Positions 52,801 through 64,000 of a DNA stretch of 64,000 bases are shown here, piece after piece; position 1 is the first letter of the stretch, and each line of letters opens with the position of its first letter. This stretch comes from Chrysomallon squamiferum (Eukaryota > Animalia > Mollusca): the NCBI GenBank assembly GCA_012295275.1, contig CM022676.1, positions 12,586,001 through 12,650,000 of the forward strand, in the 5' to 3' direction. The translations under genes were made by a program, and so were the position numbers. The notes beneath the pieces are model-generated. The model saw nothing but the letters and a program-made list of their open reading frames with translations. It made no database searches and was not told the DNA's origin.

Positions 52801-55800
52801 AAGACTCACTGCAACAGAATTGTGATTTTGAAATATAAAACTTAATTCATCAAAAATAGGTCTAAGCTCATGGCAGTTCTACTTAATGACTGAAATAGTC
52901 ATTAGGAGAAACTAGTTAGCTTCCTAGATTCAGGAAATGACACCTCTTCTCGTGCCTTTTTTTTTCCAGGTTTCCATTACACTTTACACGTACAATATCA
53001 TTGTTACATGTCTTACTGCTGTAATCAAATTTGCCACAACTAGCACATCAGTTTGCTTCAATAAGTATTTTGCCATGACCAAACTTTTGGTATTTTTACA
53101 TCATAATGAATTTCATATAAAAGGGAACAACATAGAGAGATATCCAGCCTTTACAGGCACTGGTTTCTCAAATATTATAATCAAAGTACTTGTCAGAATT
53201 GGTTCATTATTCTAACAAATTTTGATTATTTTCATTAACGTCACACTTTGGGGAAGTTTTCACTGTTTTCATCTTCAAAAATTCTTTCCAAACCTTTTGA
53301 TCTAATGATCCCTTACAGTTTAAGGAAGAATGTGAGGACATAATGATTTAGTGCAGCAGATAAATGCCATATTTGTGCTTAACCTCATTTTTGTGTCTAA
53401 TAACTAATGTTTAGGGAATACATATACTGAAACTGCCAGATGACATCTTCTCACCCGGTAGCAATTTAAATCCAAGATGGATGCCACCTAATCTATTTTG
53501 AAAACTTGATCTGACAGAAACACGAATGAAAGTTTGTTTTATACATTTCCAGGCATAAAGAATTTAATGGATCTATGCTTTCCCCAATAAAAAAATTAAA
53601 TAAAATTCAAGATGGCAACCATAAAAGACTGTCTTTTAATGCACCATGTATGATATCATGTTAGGTATAGGCTAATATCTAATAGGTAACTAATAAATTA
53701 ATTGTTGAAGTGTATTGTATTTACTTCTTCTTCAATTACTCTAAACATGTATCCAAGATGACCACCAATGAAACCAAAAAAGATTTATTAGGATTACTAG
53801 ACAAGATAGAAAGATAAATTAAAGGTTGTTTTATATATTTTCATATAATGAATTGAATGCAACTATGATTTATTCATTACCTAAGACGTATGTTCTCAAG
53901 AAGCCTGAACTATACTGTTATTGCATTTTAAATGCAAAGCTTTTTAAACGATCTGAATTGTATTCTTATCCGTTCTTGTGCTTTCTCAAGAATAACAGTC
54001 TATGTTTAATAAAATGAGTTTTGATGTTTCTTGACATTTGCAAAGTGACCTTTAGCTTTTGAATGTAATATATTTCAACATTTGAAGAACTCACAACTGA
54101 CTACAATGTGCCTCTTATCTTTCACTTTAACTGTCAAAACATGGGCATTAAAACTTCACATCTTCAGCAAGTTAGAGTCCAATCACAGTAAAACTCTGGA
54201 TGTTCGTGAACAATATTTTTATACAGGAAGTACAAGCTAGGATCTCCACCTACAGCAAACACAGACACACAAGCTTGAAATGAGCATCAATTCCCTTGAC
54301 CTAGTGAGACATCCATGGACAATAGTGAGCATTATCAAGGTCATGGTGGGTCCCACTTTAGTCAGTGAGCAACATTTCCCATGAAGTTGGAAGAGAAATG
54401 ATTCAAAAGGACCTGGCCTGAGCATTTCCAAAATAATATCAACAAAAAAGATCCCTAGCTTGGATCAGAATTGGTAATGGGAAAATCAAAATAATTATGT
54501 TGATGTCAATTTTAAGTCATATGCATTAAACAAATATGGCATTAATGACACAGACTATATATAATTACCATATCAAAACAAGTGAGAATAGTATCTTATC
54601 AAATCCCACAGCCAAACACTGATGTCTAAATTTGATTTTATGCTTCTTTTTCACATGAAATTCACCATAATTTGGTCGTTAATCTTGTTATCTACAAAAT
54701 ATTAAATACTATATTTAACTGTTCATCATATCACACTGTTTCTGCTTTAATACCTGAATGATGATCTCCAGCTTATGGTAAGATGAAGACTGAAAGAGTA
54801 GTTGAAATAGGCTAGACCACTTAGAAGAACAGAAACTTATTAGAAATGATAACTGCTTATGTACTTTCTCATTGTGACACTGATGCTTGCTGTTTCAGCA
54901 TTGGAAAGAATATTGTCCTGAAAGTTGTATGAAATGTCACTTCTGGAACAAATTGATGCATCACCCCTAATGACGAAATAGTGAGAATGCCTTTCATGAT
55001 GGCATATTGTAGAAAAAGTAGCACAATGCTAAAGGCACATGGTACACATCAACACCTGGATTATGTACTTTACCACAATCAGTGAAGTGTTGAGGAAAAC
55101 CTGTAATGTGTGCATCATTAAGCTTCTCTGCAGTGTGTCATGAGAAACAGAATTGGATGCTGGAAAGACTAAGCCCATAGATCACTCATACGTACAACAA
55201 TCCCAGATAAAATCAGTCAACAAAAGTTCATCTCATGGTGAACAAGGTGTTCCAAAAGGAAGCTGTGCTGTATACAAAGAGAATGATTCACCCCTGCACA
55301 CTGGTGATGTCACAACATGCACAGGGCTGATTGATATTAAATTAAATACTAAAAAATATAAAAATATAAGTTTATTGAAAAAAAATTGTAAAAAATTTGG
55401 GTGTATTCTAACAAATTCCACCCATCATATCTACCAAATATATCCTTCCTTATATCATCAAAATATCTGGATTCCAACAAAATGTGATAAACAGTCAAAA
55501 CACAGTGACAGTATTCATACTGACATGAAGGATCTTTCTTTTAGATATATGTATGAGTCAGATGTGTAGCACTGGTGCAGGCATGACACAACACAATATC
55601 ATCTTTCCTGCACTGCCTGTAGGAGGACTGGAAATCTTCCAGAACTGGCTTAACTTGAAGTTTGTTCATGACCACATCATTCCAGTCATTTTCCCAAGTG
55701 GTAATGATGTTTAATATCAGTATAAGATACACTGACCTTATCATGTGGCAAATCCAAAGCAGACATGGCAGCAGAGTAAACTTCTTCATTACTCCCACTT

Positions 55801-58366
55801 ATGGCATGGCCCAGCTTTAAATGAAAGTGAGTCTGTACAAATGATATATCTGGATAAGTAAGCCTTCTTTTATTTGTACCTAGATTTTAAAGATGCCCAA
55901 ACTTTGACAAATTGGGCAATTTCATTGAAACCGAAATGTACACATGGACATGTCTTGAACTTCCATGAAAGGTTGCTGATTTACAGATGGCTCTTTACAA
56001 GCAAAATTGCAGCCCATATTTTTTCTTTGTAAAATAAATTTGTTTTAAAATTGTCATTACTTTATACTCATGAATGGTGCTAAATTGCAAAAACATTTGT
56101 ATGGACTTCTACATTATTGATTAATCATAGTGCAGATGAAATAAATATAATTCATTATAATACATTTTTGTTTATAAGTTCTTATGTGGCCCTTGGTAAG
56201 ACAAGTTTGACATCCCTGATTTATTTACAGTCTTTCTTCAAATCAAAGTCACTCAATTGAACAAAATTTGTGGTGGTTTGATATGCCAAGGTAGTAGAAA
56301 CTGAAATTGTTTCTGATATGTCAGTGAAATCATGTTGGAAGCAGATAAAAAAATGTCTGATATGAAGGCCAGAAGTATGTATGGTATTTACTCTCACATC
56401 AAACATTTTCATATATTTGTTATCAAACACAGCATTATGTGCAGGATGTTCTGGTAATATTTTATTTTGGCAGCATAGAGCAGAGATAGCTTAGTGCATC
56501 TAGCACCCAAACAAGGTTCATGTGCATCAACATTCAAGCCCTCTACAAGCAAAGTCCTAAATGCTCCAAGAAAAAGTCTAAGACCCTGGTTGTGTACAGG
56601 ATCCACATTTGTAAGATAGATTTATGCACTGATCCTTACACAATGCATCCATAATCTAGTTTAGATCTTATCAAAGGTCTATAAAGTCAGATCATGAACT
56701 TTCAGTCTGTGCCCATTCAGTATTGCCAATAACTTAAAATATTGAGGGTCTTTATGGCCTCGTTTTAACATGATACAGATTGGGCTCAAAGGATAATCTC
56801 CTGTCAACATAAACCTTGGAAATTTGGTTTCTTCTGCAACATGTATTGGACTTTTGTCCTGAAATATTGATGGATCTAAATGGAGACCTCTTTTCTGGCA
56901 GATATGCTTACATATTGTCTTTGTCTTTGATAATAAAAATCAGGAAGTTCTTAAAAAGTTTCATAATTTCATGTAGTGGATGGAAGCTTCCCTATAAAAT
57001 GTTTTAAATCTAACAAGATGATTCATTGTACTACATCTGGACCTTAACCCACACTGCATATTAGTAAGCAGTTTGTGAAATATAAAAAACCAGACAAGTT
57101 TTCAATTGATCAGCTTGTCAAAGCAACAGTATAGTAGTTAGTAGGAGTTGTTGGATATTTACCAAGCTTTGGAATAGTAATAAGAACTGACAGACAAATG
57201 ATGAATCGTGTTACTGGATTCCCTTCCTTTGATTTTTCAGATCCTATCCCACACAGATTTAACTCATGTTTGGAAATTCAACCTGGTGATATAGGTTCTC
57301 CAAGATGTCAGATATCTCTGTGTGCCTTAGTCCTAGCAGTTCAGCTGCTTTGTGTTCAAACCTTTCATGACCCAGTATTTAAAACATTTAAATTCATCAA
57401 TTTTGATTAGAATCGGAGAATTCTTGATCTTTATAAGAAGACTTCTCTAACCACTGAAATAAAACAGGCTTAACAAAAAACACATGAAATGTAGACTGTA
57501 CAAAACCATATAATGTCAGTTTCAGAGCAAAGTTAATGTGGAAAATTGGTTTTCATTCTCCAGATATAAAAAGCAAAATAACAAAATGCAAAAGAAGAAA
57601 AAGAAAAAAACTAAAATAACAGGAAAAAGAACCATGATTAAAATTTGCAAAAATAACATTTATGAACAGCCAACAATATCTTCAGAACATATTATTTTAA
57701 AGATATGTTAATGCTTGTATTTTTATTTTTTATTTTCATTATTATTTCTCCCTTCCTTTTGATTCAAATATATGGAAACAATATATGCTCTGCAGGAAAA
57801 GTGGCAATGTCTGCTAGAAAATAACAGTTTTTATTTTCAAGGAAAGCAATGTGTTATTAGAAGCCACAAGAAATGCATTGTCTGTTAGGGTTTGGTCATA
57901 TCCTGTCTCTGTATAAGGACCATTATCTAATGAAACATGACAAACTTTAGAAAATTTAGATGAATATGGAAATGGTCTGGTAAAAGATTATAAAAACAAA
58001 AGCTAGAACAATCCACAACAAAAAATGCTCATTTGTTAATCTCAATGTTACTATATAATTTTTTTTTACTTATTTAGTTTTTTATTTATTTCATTTTCTT
58101 GAGAAAATTTGCCCATATTTTACATTTGGCCTAAAATAGGACTACTGGAATTGTATATTTGTTGTTTTTAGCAATTTTTTTTGTCGGAAAGGTATTCATC
58201 CTTAAATTTTTTTTTAGATATCATTGATTGTTATTATTTTTATTATAATTTATTTACTTCTGCATAATGATATAAATGCTTTTAACTAACCTTCAGCCTT
58301 CCCCTTTAATGAAATAATAAATAAAACTATGAAAATCCACTGAGATGATGTCCTTTTCTGATACAT
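40152..58366 (-). CDS. Gene C: signal peptide + V-like Ig domain + three predicted TM helices + Pro/charge-rich cytoplasmic tail
   Basis: Exons: 58366-58291 ([26 protein letters not shown]), 49781-49464 (Ig), optional micro-exons 48818-48792 and 46773-46753, 44792-44691, 44373-44275, 43664-43563 (TM1-3), 42823-42769, 40497-40152. GT-AG boundaries with compatible phases. The micro-exons and the last junction are less certain. Confidence 0.75.
41235..41615. repeat. Minisatellite, ~37-bp unit, about 10 copies
   Basis: Unit actgtcagaaatgtacaacattgtaacacagtatatg repeated in tandem. Confidence 0.92.
43563..44792 (-). CDS. Gene C transmembrane exons (44792-44691, 44373-44275, 43664-43563)
   Basis: [34 protein letters not shown] / [33 protein letters not shown] / [34 protein letters not shown]. 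Lengths 102, 99 and 102 nt; each has a ttcag| acceptor and a gtaagt/gtaggt donor. Confidence 0.82.
43728..44165. repeat. Intronic minisatellite, ~44-48-bp unit, about 9-10 copies
   Basis: Unit aactagaactgtgatattcaaatacaactgttacactgtttaaatt with variants. Confidence 0.9.
45350..45990 (-). mobile_element. Decayed ORF1 (gag-like CCHC) fragment of an I/Nimb-clade LINE
   Basis: [33 protein letters not shown] matches the 'LTF..P.LP...PNPLRCF.CQ.FGH...C' zinc knuckle of these ORF1 proteins. Confidence 0.7.
47236..48713 (+). mobile_element. Full-length but inactivated Tc1/mariner (Tc1-like) DNA transposon
   Basis: TA-flanked imperfect TIRs: CTGTTCCAAAAAAGAAATGCAAAA vs the reverse complement of the right end, CTCTAAGAAAAAAGAAACGCAAAA. 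Transposase frame 47535-48542 contains [25 protein letters not shown] and [15 protein letters not shown], with three internal TGA stops. Confidence 0.93.
49464..49781 (-). CDS. Ig V-like domain exon of gene C
   Basis: [105 protein letters not shown]. 318 nt, phase 1-1; same Cys/GYxV/WxC pattern as A and B. Confidence 0.9.
50185..52890 (-). mobile_element. Decayed I/Nimb-clade LINE ORF2 (APE-RT-RNase H) with 3' end
   Basis: Minus-strand fragments: [14 protein letters not shown] (IQWNCRGL endonuclease start), [19 protein letters not shown] (GVPQGSILS), NQGLRVCL and a YTDG-like RNase H motif. A short (CATT)n-like tail lies at ~50185-50207. Confidence 0.8.
53430..55200 (+). mobile_element. Possible decayed Academ-like DNA transposon remnant
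   Basis: [24 protein letters not shown] at ~54856-54927 resembles the XPG/H3TH 'HALSGCDT...GIGK' motif. CAAGATGG/CAAGATGA short repeats occur at ~53473, 53607 and 53754. Confidence 0.35.
55540..57200 (-). mobile_element. Second decayed I/Nimb-clade LINE fragment (RT to RNase H and C-terminus)
   Basis: [50 protein letters not shown] and IICTDS fragments on the minus strand; visibly related to 50600-52000. Confidence 0.8.
58291..58366 (-). CDS. Signal-peptide exon of gene C
   Basis: [26 protein letters not shown]|gttagt, 76 nt, phase 1. Preceded by an acceptor tttttcag| at 58390, as in A and B. Confidence 0.75.
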
Positions 58367-61300
58367 TTTTGGCAACCCAGTTTGTAATCCTGAAAAACAG
58401 AAATTTGTAAATTTGTAAATTTTCTTCTGATTTTCATAAAGATAAACAGCTTTCACAAAAAAGAAAAAATTGGTATTTTATATGAAAGAAAATTATCAGT
58501 ATCAGGGCATTTTCTCCCCAGATATTTCCCATCTAGGTGATTTCCCCCATTACAATTCCCCATCTGCCTACCTGTTTTAACTGTCAAATATTCTGGTTAT
58601 ATATAGTATCATTCTCTTTAATCTCTAATTAAGTGAATTAAGTGGCCAAAAATCTAAAAATTCATGGTCATATCTCCCACATCACTGGTCTGATTGGCCT
58701 AAAATTTTGGATTTGGCTCTGTGGATTTGATCCCAGTCAACAAGTATATCAAGTTTCTGAGACAGTTGGGTTTAAACCATTGGGTGATTTGACACAGAAT
58801 GACCCATAATGTTTGTTTAACACTGCACTGTTTAATATGCAGAATGACTTAAAGATCTAAAGAAAAAAAATCGGAAATCTAATTATGGAGTCTGGTTTAC
58901 AGTTAGGGTCAGGCATAGTGTGTTGTTATGACTGGGATAAAATAAATATTACTGATACAGTAGTTCAAACATTCTGCTAGCATTTAAATCCTTACATTAT
59001 TAACTGTTTTACCTGCACACACTGGTACATGTATTTTGTTATCAAATGTCTTTGTTACACACTGCACTTGTTTCTTATTTATGTTTTTTTCTCTAAATAT
59101 GGCAAATTTTAAATTTCATGGTAGGGTTTATTATGCGGCTGTTATGCATGAAACTGATACCACCTGGTAATGACCATCCAAACAAGAACATGTTTTCTCT
59201 TTAATATAGAAGATAAAGAAAACCTTGCCTGCCACCCACCAAGTTTCTCTGATTTCAATTAACATAAAGCTACAGTAATCCTAATTATGATAGAAGATGA
59301 TTTATAAAATTAGACTGGTCCTTTCCCAACTATTACTGCCTTAGTAGATCAAAATATTAAATATGTATTTACATATCAGAACATTCACTTCAGAGCAATA
59401 ATACTTTTTGTGTAAACAATAAAATGAAAAGAATACCTCTAGTGATAAAAAAGAAAAAAAAAATTAAGATAATTTGACCAAATAAATTGTTAGATCTTTT
59501 ACATTAGATCAGCAGCACAAAAGAAATCAAAGAGAATATTCATTAAAACCTTGGCAGCTAAGCCATAGATGTACAGTGCAAGGCATAATTACAATTAGTA
59601 CAAATTAGTAGCAAAAGAAATGTATCTAATGAAACACAGTTACACAGATAACTGGGTTTTACATTAAGATTACCTCTTTTTTCAATACACTCATACACTC
59701 AATAGATCATTTTTATTACATAACTTTCAATAGCACTAAGACTGACAATCCATGTTGAATTATGTCTCTAGTACAAGTAGAATGTGAGTTTATGAATTTT
59801 GAAATGTCTGAATATAAAAGTTCTACAATTATAGTTAGGAATCAAGCTTGTATTTAATCAAACAGAAAATCACTTTCGAATATCTAACAAACAAAATAAT
59901 AGATAAAGTAAAACAAATTAAAAAATAAAATAAAAAAATAAAATAAATTAATTAATTTATAATGATAATAAAAATTATTTGTTGTAAAAGGTTTAATAAA
60001 TTTTGATTAATTTTACTTTGGGCATTTTCAATGAATTGGTGCGTGCACCTGGTTTCTTGTTCTGAAATATATAAATAATACCAACAAAAATGTATACATC
60101 AAACAAATATGTACATAAATACATATAGTAATTATTCATTTATTTAATATTACTAAGCCACAAATGTCATATGGTGCACATCTGATAGGTGGTTTGTTAT
60201 GTGACAGTGTTAACTTACTTGGAAACTTCCAGGTCAAAAAGTGAGACCTTATGAATTCTGGCATTTAGAAATAAATGCCCCTTTTGTTCTGTAACCACTG
60301 ACATAAAATGAAGTTTCTGTGTCTACAGATCATAGGAAGAACTATCCAGTTCACTGCTCTTATAATATAAACAGTTTAATGCCTAATCATGGACATGATA
60401 TATATTTGACAATTTAACAAAACTTCCATAGATATTTAAAATTATAACTGAAGATGTGCCAGTGTATGCTTGTCTTGCATTATCCTAAAGGTAATGTTGA
60501 TCCAGTAACTTTCAAGATGAAGCCAAAAAACAGTCCAAATCATCTCCAGTAGTGTCTACCCTGCTGTATTTTCAGAAATGAACAGCATCAAAACCTTTCA
60601 TATAAGTAACTAAAATGTAGATCATTTCATGGGGTATTGAATCAAATTAATAGATGGGGAAAAGACCAGCATAATTTTAATCTATCACTTTCTATCACAT
60701 GGTATAGATTTAAATTAACAGATGGGAAAGAACCAATAATTTTAATATATCATCTTCTATTATAGTTAGGATTATTGTAGCTTTATATCAAAATCTATGT
60801 TAAATGAAATCAGAGAAACTTGGTGAGTGGTAATGGTGGATCAAAGACTGTCAATGAATTACACTGTCATTTATCACCTAAATCTGTACTAATTACTAGT
60901 CTTATTGTGTCAAGCTTACTACTCAGATATACTCATCACACTTTCTGTTTATGCAAAATTTGTGCTGGTTGTAATACAAATGTTGTCTGCCTCTTAACGA
61001 GTCGATGAAAGTCATTCTAACTTGCGGAGCTGCCATAATGATAAATATGAAATGGTTTTCCATTTTGATATTAAACTGTATATAGATTAAACAGGAAAAA
61101 TTGGTAGCATAATATGAGCAAATAAACAAAATAAAAACAAAAAAACATAATTAATGAAAGCATAATTACAAATTCTTCCCAGGATAGTAATCACAGCATT
61201 CTATACAAACACAGTTCATACCACAAAACAGAACATGCAAACCAATTAGATCAGTCCACTTCAGGGTTCTTGTCTTGTTAACAAAAAAGGCATCTCGTAA

Positions 61301-61536
61301 CTGCAGCTCAGAACTTACAAGCCAATAAGATATGTCTAAGTGCCAGGACTTTTATTAGTTTATGTCCTGGTACTAAACAAAATAGATTTGTCGACTTCCC
61401 GGGCCGACACCCATTTTATCACCCCTAATTAATACCTGCAACATCTTTCTGCTTTTAGACTAAGGATTAGCTGAGTTTATGTATTGCAGATGATTATAGT
61501 TAAACATCAAATGCTTGTAGTCCTTTTCAGTAACAT

Positions 61537-61568
<32 letters not shown>

Positions 61569-64000
61569 ATGTATGTGTGTATGTATATATATATATACCA
61601 CTAATTATTTAACAGAGTGAAAATCAAGCTGCTTACGTAAATAAAGTTGTGCTGTTCTATATAAAAGTATCTGACCCATGTCAGTTAGGGTTCTTTGTTG
61701 ATTTTCTTTTAAATGGCCATCCCTGTGTCATTTAACTACCTTAAAATGCAATATGACTAAAATAAAATGCATCTGAAGTTCAAACATACGTTAAGCTATA
61801 AATAAAAAAGTAATAATAATAAAAAAAGAATCAAACTAAAAGAAATAATAATAATTCTTTCAATGACTGCAGCAATGGCAGATCAGCTGCTCTTTAAACT
61901 ATAAACAACAAATAAATGTTAAATTCTAATTAATTCCTACTGAAACTTGTTTTCGCAAAGTTTTGGGGCTTACAGTGCCAGAAAATACATGGTTGCTGTT
62001 AACTGAATGGTGCACTGACTCATATTTTTACTTCAAATTAAAATGGTAATTTAGTTTTTATGGGTTTGGCAGGAAAAAGAACAAAAAATATCTTTTTTTT
62101 ATTAAAAATGTTAGATTCAAGTATGTCATTTAAAAGATCTTGACAAATTGTTTACAACACGGGTTGAATTTTTCAAATAAGACAAAAACTGAAACTACAG
62201 TGTCTGTTTGCACTTTTAGTCATTTTAAGAGCATTCTGCTGCATGTCATTTTGAAGATTTTGTTATGTTTAGGATGGTATTGTGAACACACATACAAACA
62301 CACACTTAAAGGTCTGAAAAAAAATTGAGTTCATTTAACAAATTGGTCCTAGCACTCTTATTGATTTTTATGTCTTTTGTATCCATTATTTTTCAAACTG
62401 CAGTTGGCCAAAGTTGTATTTTCTGATAATGTGCCAAAATATGGTTGAAAACGGACCAAGTACCTGTTGTATCAATTTTCATATATCTTTTGAACCGTTG
62501 GAGACAGACTGATAATTTTTGGTATGTTTAGTTTCTTTTTTGCTACAGCTTTCATTATCTGCTAATGTTCTTACATATTATATGAAATTAAAGTCAGAAA
62601 AAAAAAATCTTTAATTTTGGATATTATCTTTTTCTTGAAACTTTCTCAAAGATAATCAGTTATTTTGTTTTGAATTCTGTTGGAAAAATAGATTCTGTTT
62701 TATCAGAAAGGATACAACTTCTGCAATTATTTTTATTATTGCCTACCATTTTACCTTTTCAGCAGAAATCTGCTTTTGAAGTTCATCATGTATAATAGTA
62801 CTCAATCGCTGCAGTCAAACAAAATTTCAAGTATTCCCTCATGCAAGCTCTCTGAAAAGTGTTTGTCTCATAAATTTGTGACATTTGTGGGTTGAATTTT
62901 CTATAAGTAGCAAAACCTTCTTGCTAAAATTTGACATTGATGACCCATGCTCCTTTGAAAACAAAAAGCAGACATCCTGGTATGGAAAGTGTTTCCTTTT
63001 CACATTTTCTCCATTTGTAGAAACCACTGTTTGGCCAAGGATCTTACATTCTTTTCACCAAATGGACACTTTTATTTTGATATCTTTCTGGACCATGTAC
63101 CATGTTATCTTTAAGTTATCTAGAACTGGTTTTTTTTTTGGGGGGGGGTTCTGTGCCTTTTGTGTGAATTCAAGCAATTGATAAATGATTTACTGCCACT
63201 TATTTGTTACTTCTTGTTAAGCACTATACCCAGTATTAATATTGTTTAATAATTTCTGTACTCTAAGTTCATTTTTCTAAAAAAAACTGGTGGTTTAATA
63301 CATTCAAACCAGTTTTCTGGAGGTCAGCTTGTAAAGTGTGCTGTGCTGACTGGGGCCAAAGGAGAAATAGCCCTGGGCATCCAATCAGAGAAAAGAACTT
63401 AAGAAAGTTGGTTGATGTATATTTATGTTTCATCTATGTTTACATATTAAAAAATCTTCCTTTCTCATATTTCTCAGAACTAGGCCTTATACTTGAGTCT
63501 TTGGGGCATGCAATCAAGGAATTGGCCCAGGACATCACCAAACCTCTGCATGCCACTGCTCATAAAACAGGCTAACTATAATAATTTAAAACTGTTTCTT
63601 CACTCTGATCATATGCCCACTAAAATGGATGCCTGGGGCATTCACTCCTCTCCCCTCTGCATGCCACTGTTCTCTTGGTTGTTTCTAGGTTCCAAATATT
63701 TAAGTAATTATCTCTAAATACATTTAACAAAACAAATTAATTAATAATTTCTTTTTAATTTTTACATGTACAATCAACAGGAAAGACTGGCATCTGTCTT
63801 CACTGAAAATTTCATCATGTAAGCTTCATTACTAACAAAGATAGTGGAGAAAAGAGCAGTTTTCAGTCACAAACCTCTATCGTCTTAAATAGTGTTTAAC
63901 TAAACGAAAATAAACGGTTATTATGGATTTTGAAATTAGCATTACTTCCTTAATATTGAATATATTCACTTGATCTCTGTGTAATTTTTTGAAGGTTTCA

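Noticed and set aside
62300-63720. Short ORFs near the right end
   Set aside because: No recognisable domain and no consistent splice structure; possibly very old transposon debris that I cannot classify.

Overview
AT-rich, microsatellite-rich animal genomic DNA. The LINE types present suggest a mollusc, probably a gastropod; this is inference only. Most entries in the supplied ORF track are noise. Reading splice sites by hand gives a compact cluster of immunoglobulin-superfamily (IgSF) genes. (1) 1-21671 is a near-identical tandem array with a ~11.6 kb unit. Each unit carries a head-to-head pair of paralogous genes, A (+) and B (-), each encoding signal peptide + one unusual V-like Ig domain + a hydrophobic GPI-type C-terminus. 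(2) After a 200-N gap lies the 3' part of a type I receptor, gene D (+): Ig-Ig-FN3-TM with a cytoplasmic tail of two paralogous exons, each with a canonical ITAM plus YENL. (3) Gene C (-, 40152-58366) encodes the same family of V-like Ig domain followed by three predicted TM helices and a Pro-rich tail, a CD47-like Ig + multipass layout. Introns contain decayed transposons (hAT/Charlie, Tc1, Nimb/I-clade and L2/Crack-type LINEs, a possible Academ) and minisatellites. The best candidate for a novel system is an invertebrate IgSF recognition locus combining copy-variable GPI-type V-domain proteins, an ITAM receptor and an Ig-multipass protein. All gene models are manual and untested against transcripts or databases.
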